DNA from: Candidatus Aminicenantes bacterium
GTDB taxonomy: Bacteria; Acidobacteriota; Aminicenantia; Aminicenantales; JAFGBC01
DNA: 64,000 nt
Direction: 5' to 3'
Assembly: GCA_963702005.1 (NCBI GenBank)
Contig: OY969696.1
Span: 2,624,001-2,688,000, forward strand
The notes beneath the pieces were generated by a model. The model made no database searches. It saw only the letters and a program-made list of their open reading frames with translations, and was not told where the DNA came from. Shown here piece after piece: positions 34,687-44,468 of this stretch. Made by a program: the position numbers and the translations under genes. Position 1 is the first letter of the stretch; each line of letters starts with the position of its first letter.

Positions 34687-36783
34687 ATGAAAGACGTTGC
34701 TCCGGACAAGATAAGGAACGTCGCCGTCACCGGCCACGGTTCCTCGGGCAAGACGACCCTGGTCGCCGGCGCCCTGTTCGATGCGGGGGTCACCACCCGC
34801 CTGACCAAGGTCGACAAGGGGAACACCGTCACCGATTACGATCCCGAAGAGGTCGAGCGGAAAATTTCGATCAACGCGGCCGTCTGTTTCTGCGAATGGA
34901 AAGACCACAAGATCAACTTCGTCGACACGCCGGGCTACAGCAATTTCCTGTGGGACACCCGGACGTGCCTGCGGGCCGTCGACGCCGGTCTGGTCCTTAT
35001 TTGCGGCGTCGCCGGGGTCGAGGTCGGGACCGAAAAAGTCTGGGAAATGTTTGAAGAGTTCGGCCTGCCCCGGCTCTTCGTCATCAACAAGCTCGACCGT
35101 GAAAACGCGAACTTCAAGCGAACCCTCGAGTCCGTCCAGCAGTTCTTCGGGCGCCAGGCCGTCCCGGTCCAGCTTCCGATCGGCGAGGAGAAGGATTTCC
35201 AAGGCGTCGTCAACCTCATCACCAAGAAAGCCTTCCTGTTCGAGAAGGATGAAAGCGGCAAGGTCCGCGAGGAGGCCGTCCCGGCCGCCCTCCGGGACGA
35301 GGTCGAGAGGCGGAACAAGGAGCTGACCGAGCTCGTCGCCGAGAACGACGAGAAGCTCATGGAGAAATATTTCGAAAAAGGCCAGCTCAGCGCCGAGGAA
35401 TTCCAGTCCGGGCTCAAGAGAAGCATCCTCAACGGCCAGCTTTTTCCCGTCTTCGTCGCCTCGGGCATGCTCAACCTCGGGATCCAACCTCTTCTCGACG
35501 GCATCATCGGGCTGCTGCCCTCCCCGCTGGAGAGGAAGGAGATCAAGGCCCAAGTCAACGGCCAGGAGGGCCGGGTCGCGGCCAGCGCCGACGGACCTTT
35601 CAGCGGCGTCGTCTTCAAGACGATCTCCGACCCCTACACGGGCCGGATCTCGCTCATCCGGGTCTTCTCGGGAAAGGTCAACCCGGATTCGACCGTCGTC
35701 AACGCGACCAAGGATACCGATGAGAAGCTCGGCGGTCTCTTTTTCCTCCAGGGGAAAGAGCAGGTCCCGGCCGGCCAGGCCAGGGTCGGCGATATCGTCG
35801 CCACGGCCAAGCTCAAGGTGACCACGACCGGGGATACGCTCTGCATCAAGGGCGCCGGCGTCGTCTTCCCGGCCTTGAAGTTCCCCGAGCCCTCTATCTC
35901 CTTCGCGATCGAGCCCAAGACCAGGGCCGATGAGGACCGGATCTCCCAGGCCACCCATCGAATCACCGAGGAGGACCCGACGGTCCGGATCGAGCGGGAT
36001 CCGGACACGGGCCAGCTCCTCATCTCGGGAAACGGCCAGCTCCACGTCGAGATCATCACCGACCGGCTCAAGAAGCGCTACAATGTCGACGTCGTCCTCA
36101 AGCCCCCCAAGATTTCTTACAAGGAAACGATCAAGGGCCGGGCCGACGTCCAGGGCCGCCACAAGAAACAAACCGGCGGCCGCGGCCAGTTCGGCGACGT
36201 CTGGATCAAATTCGAGCCGCTGCCCCGCAGCAAGGACTTCGAGTTTGAGGACAAGATCTTCGGGGGCTCCATCCCGCGCAATTTCATCCCCTCCGTCGAG
36301 AAGGGCCTCATCGACGCCAAGAAAAAGGGCGTCCTGGCCGGCTATCCGGTCGTCGATTTCAAGGCGACCCTCTACGACGGATCCTACCACGAGGTCGATT
36401 CCTCGGACATTGCCTTTAAGATCGCCGCCTCCAAGGCTTTCAAGAAGGGGATGAAAGAGGCGAAGCCAACCATCCTAGAGCCGATCATGCTGGTCGAGGT
36501 CTACACGCCCGATACCTATATGGGCGATATTATGGGAAACCTCAACGGCCGGCGCGGCAAGGTCCAGGGGATGGAGCAGAAGGGAAGCCTTCGCGTCCTC
36601 AAAGCCCAAGTCCCGATGTCCAAGATCCTCGACTTCGAGCCGACCCTGACCTCGATCACGGGCGGCCGCGGCTCGTTCATCATGGAGTTTTCCCACTACG
36701 AGGAGGCCCCCGCCAACATCCAGCAGAAAATTATCGCCGAGGCCGTCAAGGAAGGCCGGGTCAAGCCCGAGGAAGAGGACTGA
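34687..36783 (+). CDS. fusA: Elongation factor G paralogue (EF-G2-like)
   Basis: GHGSSGKTT (non-canonical G1), DTPG, NKLD, KKQTGGRGQFG and DGSYHEVDSS motifs; stand-alone, not in the str operon. Confidence 0.88.
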   Translation: MKDVAPDKIRNVAVTGHGSSGKTTLVAGALFDAGVTTRLTKVDKGNTVTDYDPEEVERKISINAAVCFCEWKDHKINFVDTPGYSNFLWDTRTCLRAVDAGLVLICGVAGVEVGTEKVWEMFEEFGLPRLFVINKLDRENANFKRTLESVQQFFGRQAVPVQLPIGEEKDFQGVVNLITKKAFLFEKDESGKVREEAVPAALRDEVERRNKELTELVAENDEKLMEKYFEKGQLSAEEFQSGLKRSILNGQLFPVFVASGMLNLGIQPLLDGIIGLLPSPLERKEIKAQVNGQEGRVAASADGPFSGVVFKTISDPYTGRISLIRVFSGKVNPDSTVVNATKDTDEKLGGLFFLQGKEQVPAGQARVGDIVATAKLKVTTTGDTLCIKGAGVVFPALKFPEPSISFAIEPKTRADEDRISQATHRITEEDPTVRIERDPDTGQLLISGNGQLHVEIITDRLKKRYNVDVVLKPPKISYKETIKGRADVQGRHKKQTGGRGQFGDVWIKFEPLPRSKDFEFEDKIFGGSIPRNFIPSVEKGLIDAKKKGVLAGYPVVDFKATLYDGSYHEVDSSDIAFKIAASKAFKKGMKEAKPTILEPIMLVEVYTPDTYMGDIMGNLNGRRGKVQGMEQKGSLRVLKAQVPMSKILDFEPTLTSITGGRGSFIMEFSHYEEAPANIQQKIIAEAVKEGRVKPEEED

Positions 36784-36813
36784 GCGCGGGGGATCTCAGC
36801 CGGGCAAGTCCTC

Positions 36814-38001
36814 TCAGCGCCGCTCCCTGACGAAAACGAGCAGGGCTGCGGCGGCCGCCGTCAAAGCCAGGCTCAGACAGAAGGGCGTCGTCATACCCAC
36901 CCGGTCCCAGAGAAGGCCGGCCAGGAACGAAGCCGGCAGCGCGCAGAAACCGACCACCATCTGGAACCCGCCCAGGCAGCTGGCCCGGAACGAAAGGGGG
37001 GACAGCTCGCAGACCAAGGTCCGCTGGACCGGATCGAGCGCGGCCTTGTGGGCTCCGTAGAGGATGAATAAGGCCGCGACCACGACCGCATTCCGGCCGA
37101 CGAGGACCCCCAGGCAGACCAGGGCCCACAAGCCGAAGGCGATGAACAGGACGGGCTTGCGGCCGACCCGGTCCGAGAGCCTCCCGAAAGGATAGGAAAG
37201 GAAGCTCGCCGTCGCCGTGTAGATGAGGTAGAGAACGGGTACGAAGATGACCTTAAACCCTGCGCCTTTGGCGTAGATGAGAAGGAAAGAATAGCTGAAG
37301 GCGCCCAGGGCGAACAGGGCGTTGAGCAAAATATAAAGCCGGAGATTCGGGCCCAGGTCTTTGAGGGACAAGCCTTTATAAATGCTCCGGCCGTTTGTCC
37401 GGCTTTCCCGTATCCCGGTCAGGATGAGCAGGCTCGCGGCCAGCGAAGGGATGGCCGCCAGGGCGAACAGCAGCCTGATCCCGAGCAGGTTGACGAAGGC
37501 GATACAGATAAGAATCCCGGCGGCGGCGCCCAAGTTGTCCATGGTCCGGAGCAGGCCGAAGTTCCGGCCACGGTTGTCGTCTGTGGAGATGTCGGCGATC
37601 AGGGCGTCTCGCGGAGCCGCCCGGATCTTGCCGGCGCGGTCCAGGACGCGAAAAGGGATGAGGTGCTGCCAGATCGAAGAAGCGGCATAGCCCAAGCGCG
37701 ACAACGCTCCGCATAGATAACCCGCCCAAATGAAGGCCTTGCGCCGGCGCAGCCTGTCCGAAAGATAGCCGGACGCGGCTTGGGAGAGGGAGACGAGCGC
37801 TTCGCCCAGCCCGTCCAGGAAGCCGAGCGCGGACATGTTGGCCTTCAGGACTTGGGTGACGAACAGCGGCCAGATCGGGTAAATGATGTCCGAGCCCATG
37901 TCGTTCAGGAACGAGGCCAGAGCGAAGGTCCGGATCGTCTGCCTTGTTTCCGGCTTTGGGGCGTCCATGTCGGAGATCTTCCGTTCCGGCCGGGGGCTCA
38001 T
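36814..38001 (-). CDS. MFS transporter
   Basis: ASFLNDMGSD, GYLSDRLRRR, DRAGKIRAAPRDALIAD and GRLSDRVGRK motifs; 12 TM. Confidence 0.88.
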   Translation of the reverse strand: MSPRPERKISDMDAPKPETRQTIRTFALASFLNDMGSDIIYPIWPLFVTQVLKANMSALGFLDGLGEALVSLSQAASGYLSDRLRRRKAFIWAGYLCGALSRLGYAASSIWQHLIPFRVLDRAGKIRAAPRDALIADISTDDNRGRNFGLLRTMDNLGAAAGILICIAFVNLLGIRLLFALAAIPSLAASLLILTGIRESRTNGRSIYKGLSLKDLGPNLRLYILLNALFALGAFSYSFLLIYAKGAGFKVIFVPVLYLIYTATASFLSYPFGRLSDRVGRKPVLFIAFGLWALVCLGVLVGRNAVVVAALFILYGAHKAALDPVQRTLVCELSPLSFRASCLGGFQMVVGFCALPASFLAGLLWDRVGMTTPFCLSLALTAAAAALLVFVRERR

Positions 38002-38315
38002 CGGCGGGGCGGCGTCCCCTCGTCCAGGACTTCGCGGACGAGCTTCCGGATTTTTATCAGGGTTTGTTCAAGGGCTTTCCGGCCCTTGGGGGTCGCCTCG
38101 TAGTATTTCCGGACCTTGCCCTTGACGACGGCCCTGCGAACCGTCAGCAGCTTCTCGTTTTCCATGGCATGGAGGAGGGGATAGAGCGTTCCCGGGCCGA
38201 GCTTGTATCCGCGGCGGGCCAGCTCCTCGATCAGCCATAGACCGTAGAAGGGCTCCCGGACGGCGCAATGAAGGATGTGGACCTTGATGAATCCCAAGAA
38301 GAATGGCCGAATCAT
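37998..38315 (-). CDS. PadR family transcriptional regulator
   Basis: YGLWLIEEL, GTLYPLLH and RKYYEATPKG motifs; start at MIRPFFLG (the longer track ORF runs into the repeat). Confidence 0.9.
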   Translation of the reverse strand: MIRPFFLGFIKVHILHCAVREPFYGLWLIEELARRGYKLGPGTLYPLLHAMENEKLLTVRRAVVKGKVRKYYEATPKGRKALEQTLIKIRKLVREVLDEGTPPRR

Positions 38316-38392
38316 GGCGATCGTCCAGGATGATAGCACACTCCTCGGCGGCCGCCAAACGCTTGAACGCGCGTTGAAGGACCGTAGAATCG

Positions 38393-38480
38393 AGTCCATG
38401 GAGCTTCTGCCGGGGAGCAGCTTTGCAGCACTCATACTAAGCCGCCGGAAACGGCTTAGTATGAGTGTCGAGGGTTTGAC
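38393..38480 (+). mobile_element. Family 1 palindromic element, copy D (partial, right end only)
   Basis: The reverse complement matches the first ~75 nt of copy C, including the CTAAGCCG..CGGCTTAG hairpin and CTCCCCGGCAGAAGCTCCA. Confidence 0.75.
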
Positions 38481-38505
38481 AGGCGCGAGGAGCCGAGACT
38501 ATAGT
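38476..38505 (+). promoter_or_regulatory. sigma70 promoter whose -35 is the element end
   Basis: TTGACA-18 nt-TATAGT upstream of the M14 peptidase. Confidence 0.6.
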
Positions 38506-38528
38506 AAAGAATCATTTCAAGGAGGAGG

Positions 38529-40238
38529 ATGAGTCGCATGCGCCTAACGAAAGCCGCCGTTGCCGCCGTCTCGGCCTTCGCCTCTTTATCCTTATTGAGC
38601 GCGTCCGGTCAAATCCCCAGGACGCCCGCCGAAGACTGCCATTTCACCCGCTACAGCCAATCGGACGATATCGCGCTTTTCCTGAGCGTTCTCGACGTCG
38701 CTTCGCCCCGGCTTGCGGTACGTGTCGTAGGGCGGAGCGCGGCGGTGGAATCGTTCCCGTCCCGTGATCTTTTTCTATGCATCTTGACGGCGAACGGCGC
38801 CGGCCGTCCCGCGGACTTGGATAGGACGAAGCCGACCTTTTTGATCACGGCCTCCCAGCATGGCAATGAACAATCGGCCAAAGAGGCGGCCCTCGGCCTG
38901 GTCCGCGATTTTGCCGCAGGAGATCTGGAACGCCTCCTCGACAGGGTCAACGTCCTGGTCATTCCCCAAACCAATCCCTACGGCAACTTTTTCGACATTC
39001 GCTCCAACGAGATCGATCTCGACCTCAACCGGGACCACGTCAAGGTCGAGTCCGAGGAGGTCCGGGCCATTCATGCCGTCTTCAGGGCCTGGCTGCCCGA
39101 AGTCAGCCTCGACGTCCATGAAAAGGGGGACGACTACTACCGTGTTTCGCTCGGGTGCGTCTCGAACATCAATATCGACCAGCGTCTCCAGGATTTCTCC
39201 AGAAATCGGCTTCTGTCCGCGGTCGAGAAGAATCTGACCAAAGACGGCGTGACTTTCCACGAATATCTGGTGACCGAGGAGATGGGAATCAACACCTCGG
39301 CCGGGGCCGCCCTCCGGCCCGAGGACACGGCCGGACGCGAGGAGATGACGCGCTTCAGCACGACGGACCTCAATGACGGCCGCAATAGCCTGGGGATCTT
39401 CCAAACCCTATCTTTCATCCAAGAGGGCGCTTCGCGCCACGACCTGGCGACCTTAGGGGAACGGACGCGCTGGCAATCGCTCGGGATCCGCGCCCTGGCC
39501 GAAGCCGTCGCCGCGAACGCCTCCGAGATCCTCCCGCTCGTCCGGGGCTCGAGGGAGTCCCTGGCGGAAGCGTCCGGGGCCTATTCGAACGTGAATCTCA
39601 TCCATCTCAGGACGGCGTTCGCCCGGGATGAAAACGATCCGACGCTGACCGTCAAGGCTTTCGAAGAGACGGAGACGCCCGTCCGCGGCATCCTCAAGGT
39701 CGACAAGAAAGCCGGCGAGCCCCTCCTGGCGGCGGACATTCTGCCCAATCCTTTTCCGGCGAAACGCAAGGTCGTTACCCGCGTCATCCAGAATTGGTTC
39801 CCGAAAGTCGCGTCGACCGTAAGCGTCGTGCGGCCGCTCGGCTATATCATCCCGGCCGCGCGTCAGGATCTCGTCGAAAACCTGTTGAAGCTGGGTCTCG
39901 AAGTCGACGCGTTCGTCCAGGACGCTTCCCTCGAAGTCGAGGCCTACCGGACGACCGAAGTCGTGCCGGCCAAGTATGACTACCTGGCTCCGGAGCGGAT
40001 CGAGGTCGAGAATAGAGTCTTCTCCACGATCATTAAAAAGGGGGATTATTTCGTTTCCTGCGCCCAGCCCGGCGTCAACCTCATTCCCTGCCTGCTCGAG
40101 CCCCAGTCCGAGTACGGCTTTATTCGCTACTGGAAATTCAAGCTTGTTCCCGAAGCGGGAGATTTCTTCGCCGTCTACCGTCTGGCGCGGCCTCAAGGCC
40201 TGAAAACCGTCGCTTACCGGCGCTGGAGGCTTGACTAA
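38529..40238 (+). CDS. Secreted M14-family zinc carboxypeptidase-like protein
   Basis: Signal peptide; SQHGNE, NPYG, DLNRDH and DVHE zinc/substrate motifs. Confidence 0.85.
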   Translation: MSRMRLTKAAVAAVSAFASLSLLSASGQIPRTPAEDCHFTRYSQSDDIALFLSVLDVASPRLAVRVVGRSAAVESFPSRDLFLCILTANGAGRPADLDRTKPTFLITASQHGNEQSAKEAALGLVRDFAAGDLERLLDRVNVLVIPQTNPYGNFFDIRSNEIDLDLNRDHVKVESEEVRAIHAVFRAWLPEVSLDVHEKGDDYYRVSLGCVSNINIDQRLQDFSRNRLLSAVEKNLTKDGVTFHEYLVTEEMGINTSAGAALRPEDTAGREEMTRFSTTDLNDGRNSLGIFQTLSFIQEGASRHDLATLGERTRWQSLGIRALAEAVAANASEILPLVRGSRESLAEASGAYSNVNLIHLRTAFARDENDPTLTVKAFEETETPVRGILKVDKKAGEPLLAADILPNPFPAKRKVVTRVIQNWFPKVASTVSVVRPLGYIIPAARQDLVENLLKLGLEVDAFVQDASLEVEAYRTTEVVPAKYDYLAPERIEVENRVFSTIIKKGDYFVSCAQPGVNLIPCLLEPQSEYGFIRYWKFKLVPEAGDFFAVYRLARPQGLKTVAYRRWRLD

Positions 40239-40251
40239 GATAGTCGGTCCG

Positions 40252-40376
40252 TCAATCCCCTTCGCGGGAAAATCTTGTCGCTTCATCGTTGAGTAGCCGG
40301 GAGGGACCCGCTCCGGGGACTAGCAGGGCTTTGTCCCCTTCGCGGGATTCCACGGACGTAAGTCCGTGGAGCTTCA
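40252..40376. repeat. Dispersed repeat family 2, copy G
   Basis: Near-identical to 30098-30203; internal direct repeat TCCCCTTCGCGGGA; ends on the stop codon of the upstream minus-strand gene. Confidence 0.9.
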
Positions 40377-43300
40377 GCGGATGGAACGGAGCCAGCCCTC
40401 AAGTTCGGCGCCGGGCCGCTCGTCCTTAGTCACTTCGCGGGCTTTGCCGGCCTCGCCCAGCTCCTTGAGGACGATGCCGCCCAGCAAACGGCCCGGACCC
40501 GCCCAGTCTGGATGCCGCAAGGTGAAGTCGCGTATCGTCCTTTTAATCGCTGCGGCTTTTTCCCTCTGTCCGAGTCTCTCGAAGCAAACGGCCCGGAAAT
40601 AATCCTGGAGCCTCCAGTCGGGCTCGAAAGGTTGGCCGGACCCCAGGCGTTCAGGGTAGCTCTTGGCGAGGTCCAAGCTTTCGATGGCAGAGTTATAGTC
40701 CCGTTTCCGGATCTCCTCGAGGGCGAGTAGGATATGGCATTTAGCGAACAGGGCCTGGAGCGCGCTCGCCCCCTCGGACGGCAAAGCCTCGATCCGGTCG
40801 AGAAGAAGCGCGGCTTCGCCGACGAGTCCGTCGGCCATGAGCGCCTTGACGCGATCGACCTGGATGGCGATGGACTCGGGGAAAGTTTCCATGGCTTTGG
40901 CCGTCGTCTCGAGGGCATCGGCTTTCTGTCCACGGTCGAGATAAAATTGGGCCAAGGCATGCCAGGTCCTCCAGGTCTTGGGGTCCATGGCGAGCGCCCG
41001 CTCAAGGTCGGCCTGGGCCTTCCCCGGAGCGTCGGGGAGATAGAGCATGGCCCGGGTCAGGAAGAACGGCGCGAAATCGACTCCGCTGCAACTCTCGAGA
41101 AGCGCCTTGGTCTCATCGATCCTGCCCTTCGACCAGAGGATCAGGCCGAGATAATACTTGGGCCTCCAATCCGAAGGCCGCCGGCCGATCGCCCATTCGA
41201 AGACCGGGATGTCCTCTTCGCGAAAGGGGAAGACGAGCCAGGCGGAGAGCCGAAAAGCCTTCTCGAGATGGGATGCGCTCTCGGCCGGCGACGCCGTTCT
41301 CGTCAGATAGGCCAGCCGGGCGCTGACCGCCGGCGATTCGGGGGAGAGCGTGAGCAGGCGGATCGCATCCTCGTCAAGGCCGAGCCGGATATAGTACAGA
41401 GCCAATTCCTGATAGGTTTCTTGGGGAAATTCATTGCGGATGCGCGACTGGAATTCCTTAAGCGAAGCCGGGCTCGAGTCGAGAAGATACGCCTCGAAAC
41501 GGGCGAGGTGATGGAGGGGATCGGCTTCCAGGACGCGGTTCAAAACGTCGGAAGCGCGGCCGCGCTCACCCCTCAGCCGGAAGGCGGTTGTCTGAATATC
41601 GAGGGCGTTGAAGTTGAAGGCGTTGGATTCGAGGGCGCGCCCGGCGTATTCGAGGGCCAGCTCGGGATTCTTGTCCTGGATGGCGATTTCGGCCAGGAGC
41701 CCGTAGGCGCTCGACCGGTATTCGAGGGAGCGGGCCGCCCAGCCAAAGGATTCCTTGGCTTCGACGAGCCGCCCCAGCTTTCGCGAGATGACGCCGTAGA
41801 TGTAATTCGCGGCAGGGTCGTACATTGATTGTTCGAGAGCGGTCCGGGCATAGTCGAGGCCCTTCCTGTCCTCGCCGCGTCGGCTGAAGAGCTCGGCCGT
41901 CCGGACAAGGGCCCGGACATGGCGAGGCTCGCGGGCGATACAGCCAAGGTACTTTTCCAGGGCGAGGCCGTAGCGACGCTCTTTGTGGAGCCTGTCCGCG
42001 GCCAGATAGATCCCCTCGGTCGTAGACTCGTCGTCGGGCCGAAAGCGAAAGGGCCGCTCGACATCGTCGGCTTTGGGGTCGCTCCGATAGACGAGCTTGT
42101 TCGTCGCCAGGCGGATTTCGAACGGCGCGTCCGGCGCCCCGAGCCAAACCGATTTTTGGAAGACTTGTGCTGGCTTAATCCGGATCCGATCGCGGAAGAT
42201 CTCGGCGCCCGCGGCCGTCACGGCCAGATCATCGTCGAGAGCCTGGAGGGCGAAGAGGGCGATCCGCAGCGCGCCGTCTCGAACCTCGGCGTTCAGGACG
42301 GCCCAGGGCGACGCTTGGACCATGGGCCCGATCTTGGCATAAGGGAACCAGACCTCGGTCCAGCGATCGGTCCGGGCCGGCGTCAGGAAATCGTGGTCGG
42401 ACTGATTGAACAGCCGGCCGAACTGGGGTTCGCTGTATTGGCCATCCCTGTCGGTCAAGAGGCCTTCCCAGATCGCCCCCGCCCGGGATAGGTCCCAGAT
42501 CCAGATCTTGCGGCCCGGCATGTCGTCGTAAAGAGCCCAGTGTCCGAACCCCCTGTCCGCGTTCCGGTAATAGGCTCCGCTCGTGTCTTTGTACGTGCCG
42601 ACCGTGAAGTAGCTCTTGGAAGGCCCGAAGGCATTGTTGCGGTAGAGAGAAAGGTCACGGCCTTGGCCGTCCACGGGCCAGGGCTCGAGCGGCCGCGAAT
42701 AATCGTGGCCGATTTGGAAGCGGCCCGGGACGATGTACTCAAGATCATCGGCGGTCCGCAGGGCAGCTGTCATCCAATTGTAATAGGACTGGTTGTAGGG
42801 GGTCGGATTGAACCAGCGGCTTCGCGTCTGGAAGAAAGCTTTATCCGGAGGCAGGTTGACTTCGACGCTCCAGAACGTCCGCGAGGGGAGGTCGAGGTTC
42901 CCGACGACGCAGGAAACGCTGCCGTCCTTGTTGCGGCGCAGGGCGTAGTCCACCGGCGCGGCCGTCGACGGCGTGTGCCCGATGATCCCGAAGTTGAATT
43001 CGATTCCGCCCGATGTCCACGGTCCCCGCAGAGCGATCTCCCTGAACTTCATAACGTGGTTGGTGTAGATGAAGTCGGTGCCGTCGAGCTTGCTCGTCGC
43101 TCCCCAAACCTTGCCCCCGACTTGGGGAAGGACCGAAACCGCGAGATACGGATTCTCAAGCCGGACGACGGTCCAAGCCTTGTCGATGGCGGTCCCGGAG
43201 AATCCGTCCATGAAGAAGTAAGGATAGAGCCGTCCACCCTGAGCGTCAGAGCTCGGCCGGGCGAAGATCGGCACGGGGTTAGGATCAGAATAAGGATAAG

Positions 43301-43418
43301 TCTTAACGACCTCGGCTTTTTCCTCGATCGTCGTCCAGCCGGAGCCTTTGCACCCGGCGAGGACGATCATTCCAGCCAAAAGGGCCGGCAGGGCCGGACT
43401 CTTCCGCGCCTGCTTCAT
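40374..43418 (-). CDS. DUF5107-type lipoprotein with C-terminal TPR array
   Basis: Lipobox LAGC; LENPYL..LPQVGGKVW, FREIALRGPWTSGGIEFN and GRKIWIW segments; many TPRs. Confidence 0.75.
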   Translation of the reverse strand: MKQARKSPALPALLAGMIVLAGCKGSGWTTIEEKAEVVKTYPYSDPNPVPIFARPSSDAQGGRLYPYFFMDGFSGTAIDKAWTVVRLENPYLAVSVLPQVGGKVWGATSKLDGTDFIYTNHVMKFREIALRGPWTSGGIEFNFGIIGHTPSTAAPVDYALRRNKDGSVSCVVGNLDLPSRTFWSVEVNLPPDKAFFQTRSRWFNPTPYNQSYYNWMTAALRTADDLEYIVPGRFQIGHDYSRPLEPWPVDGQGRDLSLYRNNAFGPSKSYFTVGTYKDTSGAYYRNADRGFGHWALYDDMPGRKIWIWDLSRAGAIWEGLLTDRDGQYSEPQFGRLFNQSDHDFLTPARTDRWTEVWFPYAKIGPMVQASPWAVLNAEVRDGALRIALFALQALDDDLAVTAAGAEIFRDRIRIKPAQVFQKSVWLGAPDAPFEIRLATNKLVYRSDPKADDVERPFRFRPDDESTTEGIYLAADRLHKERRYGLALEKYLGCIAREPRHVRALVRTAELFSRRGEDRKGLDYARTALEQSMYDPAANYIYGVISRKLGRLVEAKESFGWAARSLEYRSSAYGLLAEIAIQDKNPELALEYAGRALESNAFNFNALDIQTTAFRLRGERGRASDVLNRVLEADPLHHLARFEAYLLDSSPASLKEFQSRIRNEFPQETYQELALYYIRLGLDEDAIRLLTLSPESPAVSARLAYLTRTASPAESASHLEKAFRLSAWLVFPFREEDIPVFEWAIGRRPSDWRPKYYLGLILWSKGRIDETKALLESCSGVDFAPFFLTRAMLYLPDAPGKAQADLERALAMDPKTWRTWHALAQFYLDRGQKADALETTAKAMETFPESIAIQVDRVKALMADGLVGEAALLLDRIEALPSEGASALQALFAKCHILLALEEIRKRDYNSAIESLDLAKSYPERLGSGQPFEPDWRLQDYFRAVCFERLGQREKAAAIKRTIRDFTLRHPDWAGPGRLLGGIVLKELGEAGKAREVTKDERPGAELEGWLRSIR

Positions 43419-43451
43419 GGGTTCCTCCTCGGCCTCCGGGACGAACGCCGC

Positions 43452-44339
43452 TTATTTTTTCTCGGTCAGCTCGGCGTAGATGACCTCGACCAGGCTCGGC
43501 CAGCGCCGGCCGCCCGGCTGCTCCGTTTCCGGCCCGATGCCGAACGCCGCTTTGACTTCGTCCAAGGACTTCCCCTGGGCGACCAAGTCCTTGACCTTGG
43601 CCTGCTTGTCTTCAATACTCTTGAGAAGCCCCTCGATGTCGGGTTTGGACAAGGCTTGGCCGTGTCCGGGAACGAAGATATCGGCATCCAATGTCAGGAT
43701 GGACTTCAAGGTTTTGACCAGGCCGAAGGACGTGCCGCCCTTGCTCCTATGAATCAAGGGATCTCTTCCGACGAAGGCCAGGTCTCCCAGGAAAGCGACT
43801 TTTTGGGCCGGGAAGAGAACGACCGTGTCGCCGCTCGTGTGGGCCGGGCCGAAGGCGAAGAGCCGGATGGTTACGTCCGAAAGCTCCAAATCCTTCCGGT
43901 CAGTGAAGACCACCGTCGGAAGGTAGGCCCTGAGGTCGGCCAGTTTCTCGTCCTCGAAAGCGACCTCCATCTCCTTCCGAGTGTTCTGGCTCGAGATGAT
44001 CGTCAGCCCCTTGGGAAATCCGGTCAATCCGTTGACGTGGTCGCCGTCGCTGTGGGTCAGGATGATGTACCGGACCGGATTCGGGGTCAGCTCCTTGATT
44101 TTGGCCAGCATCTCGCGCGCCGCCTCGGGGACCATTTTGGCGTCGATGACGACGACCGAGTCCTTGCCGATTCGGAATCCCGTGTTGGCGCCGACGCCGC
44201 CCTCGACCCAGTAAATGTTTTCTCTGAGGGCTTGAACATTGAGGGGCTGCTGGGCCTGGCCCCCCGCCTGCAAGGAAGGGAGGAGCGAAACCGCGGCCGC
44301 CCAACTCAGAGCAATCGCGAGGAATAGAATGCGCCTCAT
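43452..44339 (-). CDS. Secreted MBL-fold metallo-hydrolase (cyclase-like)
   Basis: THSDGDH, AHTSGD, GDL and VPGHG motifs. Confidence 0.88.
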   Translation of the reverse strand: MRRILFLAIALSWAAAVSLLPSLQAGGQAQQPLNVQALRENIYWVEGGVGANTGFRIGKDSVVVIDAKMVPEAAREMLAKIKELTPNPVRYIILTHSDGDHVNGLTGFPKGLTIISSQNTRKEMEVAFEDEKLADLRAYLPTVVFTDRKDLELSDVTIRLFAFGPAHTSGDTVVLFPAQKVAFLGDLAFVGRDPLIHRSKGGTSFGLVKTLKSILTLDADIFVPGHGQALSKPDIEGLLKSIEDKQAKVKDLVAQGKSLDEVKAAFGIGPETEQPGGRRWPSLVEVIYAELTEKK

Positions 44340-44468
44340 GGCTGGCCTCCTTGGGATGCGCCTATCTTCGCAGAGGAGGTCCTTGACCTTGAGTCTGCGG
44401 ATGGCCTTGCTTCGCTCGCCCTCCGTAACGGGAATGACGATCCTGAGTTCAGCTAATGGAGATGAACG

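Noticed and set aside
34681-36390. Long antisense ORFs (569 aa here; also 23775-25244, 45441-46967, 57393-58961)
   Set aside because: Typical stop-poor shadow frames opposite GC3-rich genes with recognisable products.
44395-44468. REP-like remnant (GTCATTCCCG...GCGAAGCAA on the minus strand) between mdh and the MBL gene
   Set aside because: Single, degenerate copy in the window; cannot be supported as a repeat without a genome-wide search.
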